The notes beneath the pieces are model-generated. The model ran no database searches. It was not told where the DNA came from and saw only the letters and a program-made list of their open reading frames with translations. The translations under genes were made by a program, and so were the position numbers. Of a stretch of DNA of 64,000 nucleotides, positions 13,240 to 26,565 are shown one piece after another. Where the stretch lies: contig OY740791.1 in NCBI GenBank assembly GCA_963514005.1, positions 51,026,001 through 51,090,000 on the forward strand. The letters are read 5' to 3'. Within the stretch, counting starts at the first letter, position 1. Each line of letters begins with the position of its first letter. Origin of the DNA: Raja brachyura. Taxonomy: Eukaryota.

Positions 13240-14035
13240 CACACCAACTTCTACAGATTTGCTGTGGAAAGCATTGTATTTGGGTGCATCACAGTCTGGT
13301 TCAGAAACAGCTCCATCCGAGACAAGAAATAGCAGAGTTGTGGACATGGCCCAGACCATCACGCAAACCAACGTCCCTTCCATTGACCCCATCTACACAG
13401 CATGCTGCTTCGGCAAGGCCACCAGCATAATCAAGCACCAATCTCACCACGATCACTCCCTCTTCTCTGCTCTTCCATCAGACAAGAGGTACTGTAGCTT
13501 AAAAACACATACCTCCAGATTTAGGTAGACAAAAATGCTGGAGAAACTCAGTGGATAAGGCAGCATCTATGGAGCACAGGAATAGATGATGTTTCAGGTC
13601 GAGACCCTTCTTCAGATTGAAGAAGGGTCTCGACCTGAAACGTCACCTATCCCTGTGCTCCATAGATGCTGCCTCAGCCGCTGAGATTCTCCAGCATTTT
13701 TCTCTACCTCCGATTTTTCCAGCATATGCAGTTCTTTCTTAAATACCTCCAGGTTCAGGGACAGTTTTTTTCCCAGCTGTTATCAGGCAGCTAAACTGTC
13801 CTCTTGGCAACTAGAGATAGTTCCAACCTACTATCTATCTAACTGAAAACCTATGAACTATCTTTAATCAGACATTCTTGGACTGTATGTTTCTGTAAAT
13901 AATATAAGTTTTATCCTGTATCTGTACACAGTGGACGTAATCATGTATAGTCTTCTCATTGATCAGATAGCATGCAACTAACAATCTTTTCACTGTACCT
14001 CAGTAAACGTAACAATAATAAACTAAACTAAAGCT
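13240..14035 (+). mobile_element. Rex1/Babar-type LINE 3' fragment interrupted by a Penelope palindrome
   Basis: Peptide RVVDMAQTITQTNVPSIDPIY...HSLFSALPSDKRYCSLKTHTSRFR is typical of the Rex/Babar RT C-terminus; (taaac)n tail. Confidence 0.75.
13520..13743. mobile_element. Inverted (palindromic) Penelope terminal-repeat pair
   Basis: Two arms inverted about 13616; flanked by duplicated atacctccag. Confidence 0.8.
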
Positions 14036-14904
14036 AAGCTTTGGCTTTTTTTTTTTACATCACTCTGGATGGAGTGAAGGTTGCCAAAGTGGGGAAAAAA
14101 CAATTACGCCTACATTAGTGATTTAAACATATTAAAATAATTTCCTGAAGACACAGGAGATTGGAGATGCTGGAGTTTTATGCAAAACAAAAGTGCTGGA
14201 TGAACTCAGCAGGCCAGGCAACATCTAAGGAGGGAATGTTTCGGGATTGTGACTCGGGATGCTTCACCAGACTCTTTTAAAATATTTCCCCATTTTATTT
14301 GGAATGGGGGACAAATGCTCGTTTGAGAGATTAAATACCATATTCTGATCTTAATTGTCATATTTTATTTGAGAGAATTGTGAAAATATTAAGTTGAAAT
14401 ATATGTCCATTCCTGTACCTATTCACCCAATATCAAATTACGCTTAGAGTACTTATGTCTTTAAATTATCCTCTTATACTGAACAATGGTAAATGGATGT
14501 AAATCAGCATAAACAACCAGGGCTCAAAGCCAAGTGCTGTATCACAAAATACATCTCCATTCTTTTAACTTTCCAGCTCATTCCATCAATGTGCATATAC
14601 ATTAGGAACTGCATATTTAGGAGCTGTGATATGGGAGGCTTTCAATTTTTAACGTGACTTATGTTCATGCCAGAAAATGCATTAAAAGGAACAGAAAATA
14701 CAGTGCAAAGTTAATTAGAGAACAATGCTGCAAAAATTATAATAAATCACAGGAATAATACCTTTGTTTCAAGCTGTGCCCAAAAGTCTAGAATGGAGGA
14801 AAGAAATGCAGATGCTGGTTAAAATCGAAGGTAGACAGAAAATGCTATAGTAACTCAACAGGACAGGTTGCATCTCCAGAGATGCTGCCTGTCCCGCTGA
14901 GTTA

Positions 14905-15723
14905 AGGGCCTGTCCCACTTGGCCATCATTTACGCGACAGGCTGGTAGACAAACGAGCGTCATCACCCGTCATCATGCGCCTTCAAATATTTTATCTGCT
15001 CTGCAAGTAAAATTAGTCTGCGTATTGATATCATTTGTTAAGTGAAACATTGATAAAATTATTGTTTGCTGGAAAAATTAATTTACTTTTAAACTTTCTG
15101 AAATACTCCCACCAAACACAAAATTGTATTCCATTATAGCAATTTGAACCCATCTTAAGAATTAGTTTGCAATTTTTTAAAAAATTGGTGTTAGTGAAAT
15201 TGTTGGTGGTTATTAAAATAAACTAATTTGGTTACTAGTGTTCTTTTAAAATAAAATATCTGCAATCCTTACCTGGATGTTAACTTTTGACTAAGAATGT
15301 TTCAAAAATACTTATTAAGGTGTTACTCTGAAGGCATTACTCTGAAAGCATTGATGCTTACAGCGTAATTATTTTCTCATTATGGCCGACTGCGTATGGG
15401 CGACGCGCGGCGGCGCACGGTTACCCATGGTGATGTAATCATGTGACACCACGCACCACACGTATGAGGTCAGGACGTCAGCGTGCGACCGCAGAACATC
15501 CGCGTGCGTAAGCGATATGCTACGCTGGTGGCGCGCAAAGATTTTGTGCAGCATGAAATCCTGGAGTGCGGCGCGATACTGCGCGCAACTCCATACTCCT
15601 CCACGCCTCTCCATGCGCCCATCCCATGCCACCCACACGCTACCCGTGCGTCACAACGCGATGACCAAATTTTTGGAGGTCGCGTAAATGGCGCACAAAA
15701 TACGGCCAAGTGGGACAGGCCCT
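14905..15723. mobile_element. PIF/Harbinger-like MITE
   Basis: TIRs agggcctgtcccacttggcc / ggccaagtgggacaggccct; TTA on both sides; excision restores ctgagttactcc of the host repeat. Confidence 0.85.
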
Positions 15724-15844
15724 TTACTCCCGAAAGTCTGGTTGCAGTTTGAACAGAAGTTTTGGATGAGTGCAGTTACTGGAAAGACCCACCCAAGGGT
15801 TTCTAGTTACAGGGAAGGTAAGGGCTAGCTTTACTAGCAGGAAA

Positions 15845-16243
15845 TTTAGGAATTTAGGATGAGAGGGGATCTTATTGAGACATACAAGATTATTAATGGT
15901 TTGGACACTCTAGAGGCAGGAAACATGTTCCCGATGTTGAGGGAGTCCAGAACCAGGGGCCACAGTTTAATAATAAGGGGTAAGGCATTTAGAACAGAGA
16001 TAAGGAAACACTTTTTCACATCGAGAGTTGTGAGTATGTGGAATTCTCTGCCTCGGCGGTGAACGCCGGTCACTGGATACTTTCAAGAGAGAGCTAGATA
16101 GGGCTCTTGAAGATAGCGGAGTCAGGGGATATGGGTAGAAGGCAGGAACAGGCTACTGATTGTGGATGATCAACCATGATCACATGGGCCTAGCTTGAAG
16201 GGCTGAATGGCCTACTCCTGCACCTATTGTCTATTGTATATTG
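15845..16243 (+). mobile_element. CR1 LINE 3' fragment
   Basis: ORF MRGDLIETYKIINGLD...WNSLP and (ctattgt)n tail. Confidence 0.9.
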
Positions 16244-16387
16244 AAAAGCTTGGATAGAGGAATTGGTAAATACATGTAAATATAAATGATTGTAGTAAAT
16301 AAAAATAAAAGTGACTGGAAATACTCAACATCTCAAGCAGCACCTGTGGAGAGAGAAACTCAATGTTTTGAGAAGGTGCATTTCATC

Positions 16388-17575
16388 AATTGAATTGAAT
16401 TGAATACCTTTATTGTCATTCAGACCTTTCGGTCTGAACGAAATTTCGTGCCTGCAGTCATACATATATAAAAATAACAATACAATACCATACAATAAAC
16501 ACAAAATTAACATCCACCACAGTGAGTTCACCAAACACCTCCTCACTGTGGTGGAAGGCAAAAGTCTTAGGGTCTCTGTCTTTTCTCCCCTCTGCGCTGA
16601 GGGGATCCAGGCCGCCGCCACCGCTGACGCCGGAACGCCGCCACAGGGCCCGCCGCCGGAACGTCGCTGGAGCAGCGCAGCTCCCGAAAGCCAGGCCGCC
16701 GCTGAAGCACCGCAGCTCCCGGAACCCAGGCCGCTGCTGGAGCACCGCAGCTCCCGAAACCCAGGCCGCCGCTGGAGCACCGCAGCTCAGAGAGAGCCAG
16801 GCCGCCGCTGGAGCACCGCAGCTCCCGAAACCCAGGCCGCCGCTGGAGCACCGCAGCTCAGAGGGAGCCAGAACCGCCGCTGGAGCACCGCAGCTCCCGA
16901 CACCCAAGCCGCCGCTGGAGCACCGCAGCTCCCGACGCCCAAGCCGCCGCTGGAGCACCGCAGCTCCCGACACCCAGGCCGCCGCTGGAGCACCGCAGCT
17001 CCCGACACCCAAGCCGCCGCTGGAGCACCGCAGCTCCCGACACCCAAGTCGCCGCTGGAGCACCGCAGCTCCCGACACCCAAGCCGCCACTGGAGCAACG
17101 CAGCTCCCGACACCCAAGCCGCCGCTGGAGCACCGCAGCTCCCGACACCCAGACCGCCGCTGGAGCACCGCAGCTCAGAGGGAGCCAGGACGCCGCTGGA
17201 GCACCGCAGCTCCCGACACCCAGACCGCCGCTGGAGCACCGCAGCTCCCGAAGCCCAGGCCGCCGCCGGAAGCCAGGTCGCCACTGGAGCTCTGAAGGCC
17301 GTGCTGCCGCCGCTGGAAGCTGGAAGGCCGTCACCAGGGCCTCAGCACAGACGGAGACGTTGTCGGGGGACACGACAGGAAAAGTCGCATCCCCCCGAAG
17401 GGAGAGACTAAAACCCCGTTTCTCCCACCCTCCCCCCCCCCCCCCCCCACACACATACACAGCCCGACAAACCAAAAATAAACACCAAAAACAGGGACGA
17501 GGACAAAAATAAAATAAAAGACAGACGGACTGCAGGTGAGCCGCAGCTGACAAGCAGCGCCGCCACTCCGAACTG
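16388..17575 (-). mobile_element. GC-rich non-autonomous retroelement with internal 35-bp minisatellite
   Basis: Head gtggcggcgctgc...gctgcggctcacctg shared with 59117; 3' hairpin ttcagacc-gaaa-ggtctgaa, AATAAA, (attca)n tail. Confidence 0.8.
16663..17320. repeat. 35-bp GC-rich minisatellite (about 18 units)
   Basis: Unit gccgccgctggagcaccgcagctcccgacacccaa. Confidence 0.95.
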
Positions 17576-17732
17576 GGAATAATTGGAAAACATTCATGCT
17601 TATGAATTGGCATTTGACGGCATTGGGCCGGTACTCACTGGAGCTTAGAAGGATGAGGGGGAACCTTATTGAAACTTACCGAATAAGTACCAGCTAACCA
17701 GGCTTTGCAGTTTATGTAAGACAAATTCCAAG

Positions 17733-18200
17733 GTGAACACTTCCGCTCAGTCCGTTTGGATCTACCTGATCTCCCAGTTGCCAAACACTATTTCTCCTTC
17801 CCATTCCCACACTGACCTTTCTGTCCTAGGCCTCCTTCATTGTCAGAGTGAGGCTAAACACATTGGAAGAACAACATCTCATATTTTGCTTGGGCAACTT
17901 ACCAACCAGTGGTATGAAAATTGATTTCTCTAACTTCAAGTAACCCCGGCATTCCATCTCTCTCCATCCCACCCCCACCCAGGTCAAACCAGCTACTCGT
18001 TTTCACACAATAGAAAACTAACATTGGCCTCTTTCCTTTATCATTGTTACTTTTTTGCATATCTTTCATTCATTTGTTCTATATATCTCTACATAAACGT
18101 CTATATCTCTCATTTCCCTTCCTCGTAACTTTCAATTTGAGGAAGGTTCTCGACCCGAAACGTCACCCATTCCTTCTCTCCAGAGATGCTGCCTGGCCTG
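17733..18200 (+). mobile_element. Penelope-like element 3' fragment
   Basis: Matches the 3' part of 49230-50250 (HFxSPSHSHTDLSVLGLLHCQSE) followed by the terminal repeat. Confidence 0.75.
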
Positions 18201-18208
18201 CTGAGTTA

Positions 18209-19040
18209 AACATAGAAACATAGAAATTAGGTGCAGGAGTAGGCCATTCGGCCCTTCGAGCCTGCACCGCCATTCAATATGATCATGGCTGATCATCCAA
18301 CTCAGTATCCCGTACCCGCCTTCTCTCCATACCCTCTGATCCCCTTAGCCACAAGGGCCACATCTAACTCCCTCTTAAATATAGCCAATGAACTGGCCTC
18401 AACTACCCTTTGTGGCAGAGAGTTCCAGAGACCCACCACTCTCTGTGTGAAAAAATTCCTTCTCATCTCGGTCCTAAAGGACTTCCCCCTTATCCTTAAG
18501 CTGTGACCCCTTGTCCTGGATCTCCCCAACATTGGGAACAATCTTCCTGCATCTAGCCTGTCCAACCCCTTAAGAATTTTGTACGTTTCTATAAGATCCC
18601 CTCTCAATCTCCTAAATTCTAGAGAGTATAAACCGAGTCTATGCAGTCTTTGTTCATAAGACTGTGCTGACATCCCAGGAATCAGTCTGGTGAACCTTCT
18701 CTGCACTCCCTCTATGGCAACAATGTCCTTCCTCAGATTTGGAGACCAGAACTGCACGCAATACTCCAGGTGTGGCCTCACCAAGACCCTATACAACTGA
18801 AGCAGCACCTCCCTGTTCCTATACTCAAATCCTTTTGCTATGAAAGCTAACATACCATTCGCTTTCTTCACTGCCTGCTGTACCTGCATGCCTACTTTCA
18901 ATGACTGGTGTACCATGACACCCAGGTCGCGCTGCATCTCCCCTTTTCCTAATCGGCCTCCATTTAGATAATAGTCTGTTTTCCTATTTTTGCCACCAAA
19001 GTGGATAACCTCACATTTATCCACATTATACTGCATTATA
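18209..19040 (-). mobile_element. Young 5'-truncated CR1 LINE (RT C-terminus, 244-aa open frame)
   Basis: ORF 18302-19036 (LYRVLVRPHLEYCVQFWSP...LRGDLIETYKIL); tttctatg tail; ctgagtta duplicated at both ends. Confidence 0.95.
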
Positions 19041-19097
19041 CTGAGTTACTCCAGCTATTTGTGTCTATATTCAATTTAAACCAGCATCTGCAGTTCC

Positions 19098-19130
19098 AGT
19101 CTGAAGAAGGGTCTCGACCCGAAACGTCGC
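19098..19130 (+). ncRNA. Minimal hammerhead-ribozyme motif in a Penelope terminal repeat (representative copy)
   Basis: CTGAAGA-a-GGGTC-tc-GACCC-GAAAC-GTC matches the CUGANGA / stem II / GAAA / NUH core. Confidence 0.65.
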
Positions 19131-20544
19131 CTATCTCCTTCGCTCCTTAGATGCTGCTGCACCCGCTGAGTTTCTCCAGCTTTTTGTGTAACCCTCGATT
19201 CTCCAGCATCCGCAGTTCCTTCTTGAACAATCTGCAATTCCTTCCTACACAGGTCCCAAGGTAAAGTCTTCAATATATAATTTTAATTCTGTTTTATTCA
19301 CAAATTCTGTCTGACCTGCTCAACATTTCTAATATTCAGTTTCAATTCAGATATCAAAGGACTACTCCACAAGGGTATATTTGTTTTTCCTCAGTTTTCA
19401 TTCATCTTCCTTTATTTGGTCTACATTCAGTGGCAGTTTCTTCCCAGCTGAACCATCTTGAGACTGAACCATCAAACCATCAATTAAAGAGCCGTCCTGA
19501 GCTACTATCTACCTCATTGGAAAGTATCGGACTATCTTTGATTGGACTTTACAAGATTTGATCTTACACTAAACATTATTCACTTTATTCCCTTTTTAAT
19601 GTATTTGTATACTGTGAATGGCTCGATTGTAATCATGTATTGACTTTCTGCTGACTGGTTAGCACGCAACAAAAGCTTTTCACTGAACCTCAGTACCCGT
19701 GACAATAAACTAAACTAAACTAATTTTTATCTCCTCCAGAAAATAAATAGCTGCCCGTCTCCAGCCGTCTCCGGCCCTGCAACCAGCACCATAATCATCT
19801 GTGGCATTCAACAACTCTTAGTCTTCATCTTCACATTGACCATTCCAATGTTCTCTTTGTAACTTTTCTAATAATAGATCATCCACCTGATATCAGTTTC
19901 TCTTTGCGGAGGCTGTTTGGCTTGTTGAGTATTCCCAGGGTTTTTCTATTTTACTTTATATTCCAGCAACTAAAGGTTTTTCCTTAACAGAGAGTCAAAA
20001 TGGATCATGAATCCCATTTACAATTAGATTCCACTGATTCTTAGCTTGGGATGATTAAAATTTTAACAATTCCTAAAGTTAGAAAAGATTTCTTATTTCC
20101 TCCAAAGATCTCTGTCTATTCACTTGAAATCTATGATCTTTTGAGTTATTAACTCGTCCATTCGCTTTTCTCTCCACTTAATATCTCACATTATCTGCAA
20201 AGTGTTTTGTGAATCACCTAAGGAAGGTTCAGCATCAGACTGACAAATACTCAGTATTTGTATTACCTTGCTTTCATCCTGAAGTGTTATGGTTGATTTG
20301 AAGGCTCAATACTGCTTGTTCATATTCAAAGAAATATCCTAGGTTTGGGTATGGGAATCGCAAGTGGCCTTGTTAAGATTTCCCATCCATTGAGCTGTGA
20401 CTATGCTACATAATTTATTGATGTTGACGACAAAGATAGACACAAAAAGCTGGAATAACTCAGTGGGACAGGCAGCTTCTCTGGAGAGAAGGAATGGGTG
20501 ACGATTTTAGGTGCAAAGCTCTCCATTTGTCTCTTTTAATTTTT

Positions 20545-20835
20545 TTTTAGAGATACAGCGCGAAAGCAGCCCTTCGGCCCACCGAGCCCACACTGACCAG
20601 CGATCCCCGTACGCTAGCACTATCCTACACACTAGGGTCAATTTTACAATTCTTACCAAAGCCAATTAACCTACAAACCTGTACATCTTTGGAATGTGGG
20701 AGAATATTGGAGAAAATTCACACGGTCATGGGGAGAACAGACAAACTCCTTACAGACAGCACCCACAGTCAGGATCGAACCCGGGTCTCTGGCGCTCTGA
20801 GGCAGCAGCTTTACCACTGCACCACTGTACTGGCC
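20545..20835 (-). mobile_element. HE1/V-SINE-like SINE
   Basis: Full-length reverse copy; further copies at about 21220-21510, 45160-45450, 52190-52470, 52810-53035, 53395-53672, 53860-54155. Confidence 0.85.
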
Positions 20836-21833
20836 CTGGTTTAGTTTAGAGATACAACGTGGAAACAGGCCATTTGGTCCACCAAGTCTACACCGACCAG
20901 CGATCCCCGCACATTAACACTATCCTACAAACTAGTTTGTATAATTTGATTAACCAAATCCGTTATAGCTATCCGTAAAAGAATGAGAGGGCTGATCCTG
21001 TTAGAAATCAGTGAATGCTTTTTTATCAATTAACCCAAGGGCAACATTCCAACCATCAACTTTACAACTAATGGATCAAATGACCTGTTATAATGCACAA
21101 TGCAGCTGTAAAGTATTTACAAAGGAAAAAAATCATTCCCGTCAGGCAAACAACACAGAACCATCCAATGTTAGGAAGCAGAGTCATCCAAATATCTCCA
21201 AGTATCTGTTATGAATGTTTAGTTTAGAGATACAACATGGAAACAATCCCTTTGACCCACTGAGTTAATGCTGACCATCGATCATCTGTGCACTAGTTCC
21301 ATGTTATCCCAATTTTGCATCCTACACACTAGGGACACTTTACAGAAGCCAATTAACCTACAAACCAGCATGATTTTGGAATATGGCAGAATCCGAAGCA
21401 CCCGGAGAAAACTCAGGCGGTCACAGGGAGAGCGTACAAACTCCGCACAGGAAGCACCCACAGTCAGGATTGAACCCAGGTCTGTGGCTTTGTGAGGCAG
21501 CAGCTCACAATGTATACAGTAGTTCACAATTTCTGCTGAATAGTTTGCAATGACATTTCATTGGTTTAGAAAGCCATTCTAAAGACCAGTGGGGACTAGA
21601 GCAGAACTAATTTAATCACGGAAAAATATTCATTTTAATTACCTCAGAATGTCCCTAGAGTTGGGTAAGGAAAGAGGCCACCTCTGCAATATCAATTTAA
21701 TATTAATAAGAGATGTGTTAATATGCAAACAGATCATCTTTGTTCATATGAGGTCTAAATTGAATAGCTAAATAATGCATGTCATAGTTAACGCATGAAA
21801 TGCTAATATTTCCATTTTTATAGAATTTAATGG

Positions 21834-22033
21834 NNNNNNNNNNNNNNNNNNNNNNNNNNNNNNNNNNNNNNNNNNNNNNNNNNNNNNNNNNNNNNNNNNN
21901 NNNNNNNNNNNNNNNNNNNNNNNNNNNNNNNNNNNNNNNNNNNNNNNNNNNNNNNNNNNNNNNNNNNNNNNNNNNNNNNNNNNNNNNNNNNNNNNNNNNN
22001 NNNNNNNNNNNNNNNNNNNNNNNNNNNNNNNNN
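21834..22033. other. Assembly gap (200 N)
   Basis: Run of n next to a poly-G tract. Confidence 1.
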
Positions 22034-22899
22034 AGGGGGGGAAGAGGGGGGGGGAAGAGGGGGGGGGGAAAGGGGGAGAGGGGGAAACAAAAGTTGAAAA
22101 ATAAATTTCTAAGGTAAATCCAGAGTGAAATATGGAAAGAGACCATTACTGAAAATAATCAATGTAATATTTCTAAGAGGTGTGTTAATACGCATACGTC
22201 ATCAGTGGTCATATGAGGGCTCATGGTTCATGTAAGTTAGTAAAGTTTCAGTGCCAGAGAGGTTGTTCTGCATTCATTGTGACTGATTGTTTATATATGA
22301 ACACAACTTTGCTGTGGTGTTCAGTCTGGAACTGGTTAGTGAGTAACATGGCCTCATGCTCCTACATTGATTTCAATTCTATATCTGTTGTGTCTGTTAG
22401 CCTACGGAACACTAGAGTAGCTCAGTCTGCAAGCCCTGGCTTTCCAATTTCAATGCAAGTGAGCACATTACATGATAATACTGCGCACTGTTATTGTGAT
22501 CAAAATAACCAGACTAATATTTAGTTCCAAATATTGGCTTGGACCAAAAATCACAACATTTTAAAGTACAGAAGAAGTGATCAGTACAGCAGAGTGTCGG
22601 AGGTAGTCGAGCTCCTATCTCATCACTCCAGTAGTCAGGTGGAGTTTGCAGATTCTTCCTGTGACTGTGTGAGTTTTCATTGGGTGCTCTGGCCTCCTTC
22701 CACATCCCAAAGGTGTGTGGGTTGGTAGGTTAATTGACTTCTATAAATTGACTGCATTGTGTCATTGAGAGGCAGAATGTGGAGGCAATTGATGCCAATG
22801 TTGATAGTTGACCTCAGGAAGGGAAGACAAGAGACTATGCACCTGCCTTCAATGGTAGGACAGCGGTGGAGAGAGAAAATGGCTTCTGAATGTCCACAT

Positions 22900-23430
22900 C
22901 TCTGATTACCTATTCTGGGCCCAGTACATTGGTGCAATGACAAAGAAAGCATAATCAAAACCTCTATTTGTTGAGAGGTTTGGGGAGATTTGGTGCTTTT
23001 CCAAATACTCTATTGAACGTTTACAAATAAAGAGTGGAGCGCTTATTGACTGGTTGCATCATGGCCTGGTAAGTTAAGTGCTCTAGAACAAAGGAGTTGG
23101 CAGAAAGTGGAGGAATTGCCCAGTCCATCACAGGTATTGACCTCCCCACCACCGAAATGATCTAGAAGAAGCACTGCCTCAAGAAGGCATCTCGTTGCGT
23201 CAAAGATACATACTCTCATCTTGCTGCTACTTTCAGGAAGAAGGTACAGGATCCGGAGAACTTAAAGCTTCAGCTTCAAGAACAGCTTGTCTCATCGGTG
23301 TCACACTCTTGACTGCCCTGCTCAACCCTAACCACAACCCCACCTCAGCAACAAACTACAAAGGACTTTGTATAAGGCTGCAACAAATACTTCAGCATGT
23401 ATTGTCATGGGTCCGGTTACTTAGCATAAT
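22900..23430 (+). mobile_element. Degenerate Rex/Babar LINE 3' fragment
   Basis: Similar to 13240-14035 (gcccagtccatcacagg...ctgcctcaagaaggc...caggaagaaggtacagg). Confidence 0.6.
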
Positions 23431-23439
23431 TGATAATTG

Positions 23440-24095
23440 TAATCATCATAATTATCACAATCATACTTTATTAGTCAAGTATGTTTTACAACATACAAGA
23501 ATTTCATTTGCCATACAATCATACCAATAAAAAGCAACAGAACACACAAAATACATTTTAACATAAACATCCACCACAGTGACTCCTCCACGTTCCTCAC
23601 TGTCATGTAAGGCAAAAAAAAGTTAAATCTCTTCCCTTCTTTGTTCTCCCGCAGTCAGGGGCCTCAAGCCTTCCATTAACGAAGCGATCTTGGCTCCCAT
23701 AGCCAGCGGCGTTTGGGCCTTCATGTCGGGACGATCAAGCTCCTGCATCGGAGAGGAATCTCAGCTCCCCGCACCAGGAGTTCTGACCCTGTGTAGGGGC
23801 TGGTTGAAATCTTCTGCATCGTTTGGAGCTTCCCTTCATCAGTCTCTACCGGGGATTGCGAGCTTCTTGATGATGAAATCCGCAGGCCGTGGTTGGAGCG
23901 TCCATCCCAGGCAAAGGATCAGCTCCGATGGTAAGTCCATGTCCCTGCATTGGGGTTCAAAGTCAGTCCCGCGTACGGCCGCCAGCTCCATCATGTTAAG
24001 TCTCAGAGCGACCAGAGATATGATCCAGAAAACAATTGCATCACCGTAAGGCAAGAGATTGAAAAAGGTTTCCCCACTCCACACATATAACAAAC
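23440..24095 (-). mobile_element. GC-rich non-autonomous retroelement (5'-truncated), same family as 57855-58670
   Basis: Colinear similarity to 57855-58670 including the gtatgtt...aacatac hairpin and (attatg)n tail. Confidence 0.75.
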
Positions 24096-25122
24096 CAGAT
24101 AGTATGCAACAAAAAAGCTTTTCACTGTACTTCTGTGCTAATGACAATAAACCAAATTAAACTAAAATTAAACAAAACTAAATTTAGTTTATTACTAGAC
24201 TAAGTGGGACCCATTGGGGCCCTGTCACATGGGAGGCCTGGTCCCCCAACGGAACCTGTTCCCCAATACAATATTCCACCACTCACCCATTCCCCCAATG
24301 CAATCAGTCCCCCAACACAATATTGCACCACTCACACATAGCCCTCAACTGCGCAGGCGCGGCACATTTCCCCTCATCCCCCAGCACTCTCTCCTTCTCC
24401 TTTTCCGTACCCTCAGTCATGCCCTCCCTCCCTCCATCTCCTCTCCCCTCCCTAACCCCCTCCTATCCCTCTATCCTCACACCTCACCCCCCTATCCCCC
24501 CACTATCCCTCCTGACCTGCCCCACTGCCCTCATCTCCCTCTATTCCCCACTCTGTACCAGCCCCACCCCCTCATCTCCCTCTATTCATTCTCTTCCCCC
24601 ACTCTCCTCACCTCCCCCACTTTTCCCCTCTCCCTCCCTACCCATTTCTCTCCCTCCTCACCTCTCCAGGATCTCTCCCCTTTCCTCCTCTCCTCCCCCA
24701 ATCCCTCCCTTACCTCTACCTCCCTCTCCTTTCCCCCACCATCAGTCACTCCCTCCCTCCCTCCATCCATAAAAAACAACATCAGCAGTTCCTTCCTCCA
24801 CAGGTCATTCATTGTTAGCTGTGGTTTAGATCCCGTTGACTTGACTATTGGACCAGTTTGCATTGTGTGTGTGTGTGTGTCTGTGTGTGTGCATGTCTGT
24901 GAGTTCCTCAAACATTGTGCAAACTGATCACCATCTTGCAACCCGACCCTCGCTCACGCCCTCTGCCCACTCCGTCCTGTCCGACCGCCCGATGCTGCCA
25001 CTCGGCCCATCCCTGACCTGCCCGCCCGCCTGCTGCTGCCGCTCGGCTCAGCTCAACCCGCCCTTCCCACCCACCTACCTGCCTGCCTGCTCGCCGCCGG
25101 GTAGTGGGAGGGGTGGGGAAGG

Positions 25123-25180
25123 ATGGAGTCGGTGTTGGTCATGGTGGGCACCATGAACTTCGATGACCTGGTGTGGAAGA
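25123..25180 (+). pseudogene. ALG13: ALG13-like first-exon fragment (MESVLVMVGTMNFDDLVWK)
   Basis: Resembles the ALG13 N-terminus as recalled (MKCVFVTVGTTSFDDL); both T>M changes fit ACG>ATG CpG decay; cut at an hAT-like TIR. Confidence 0.6.
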
Positions 25181-26565
25181 CAGGGCTGCCAACATTGGGT
25201 GAGAGTTGGGAGTGAGAAATTGCAAGAGATCAAGCCCGAGGAAGCCTAGCCGAGGTGGTGGGGGGTGGGGGGTGGGGGGGGGGGGGGGGGAATTTCTGTT
25301 CCAATGCTCCCCATTCTCAATTACTTTTACATTGAAGTGATTGAAATCCAAGTGAAGTTTAAATGGCGTCAGAAAAATAAAACCTCCGGAATGGATGATA
25401 TTCATTACGTGGTTGGTTGGACTCAATATCATCACAATTACTCAATTAAACTTTGAATCTTCAGATTTCCTGGTTCAAGCTAAAACTAAAGACAAATAAT
25501 AACCTCCTCACACATTCCCTGCAAGTATCTCTGTCACTGCTTTAAAATATTCCCCTTCTTTGAACAAGCTCTTAAACATCGCATCCGAACCAGTTTCCAT
25601 CTGATTACATTCCTTGAGGATGTTCAACTACGTGTCCAATTAATAAAACAACGAGATTGGGGACATTTCTATTCAACCTGTCAAAGGAATTTGGGGGGGG
25701 GGGGGGGGGGGAGATAAGAAATAGTCAGTAAGGTAAACAGACATAATAGTTGAGTGGCAAATGACAATAGTGCTACCTTCCCAATATTTAATTACGGAAA
25801 TAATGGGTTATTGGGGCTGTATGTTGTAACAGACAGCCTGACACCTTGCATGTCATTTTAATATTACACTTACCCAAACCTCCTGGACATTCTGGATTAA
25901 TAAATTAAGGTTTTGTCAACTAATTAAAATTAGGATAATTACAAATCAATATCATTAGCCAACTCTGAAATACAAAACACTGAGCATTGGGATCCAGACA
26001 TCACGGACAACTGGCCGCAGTTCCCCACTCACACCTGGCAGTGCTCTCTGTCTGAACCAGGGACCATGGAGCGTTTTTGAAAGTGGGGAGGCTGAGCGAT
26101 CACTGACCACTGGCCTTGGGGGTACCTGACCAGGGAGTGGAGCAACTGAGTGGGGGGAGGGTGTGGAAGGGGGGTGGGACTTTTTGAAATGTGATGTGTT
26201 AGAGCATTGTAGAAGTATGATTTCAATGCTTTTTGTTTGAAGTATCATTAAGAGGTAACATTTTAAGGGGTAACATTTTCCACACAAAGGGTGGTGGGTG
26301 TATGGAATAAGCTGCCAGAGGAGGTAATTGAGGCAGGGACTATCCAAACAGTTAAGAAACAGTTAGACTGATACATGGATTAGACAGGTTTGGAGGGATA
26401 TGGACCAAAAGCAGGTAGCATAGCTGGGACATGTTGGCGGGTGTGGGCAGGTTGCGCCAAAGGGCCTGTTTTCACCCTGTATCACTCGATGACTACATTA
26501 TACTTCCATCATGCATGAATGCTTCAAAATCAAGTGGTCGCGTTTTATTGCCACATACTCAAGCA

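Noticed and set aside
16325-17613. Long ORFs (up to 332 aa) on both strands
   Set aside because: Artefact of a stop-free 35-bp GC-rich minisatellite
24214-24927. 237-aa Pro/Ser/Leu-rich ORF
   Set aside because: Low-complexity polypyrimidine tract within the Helitron
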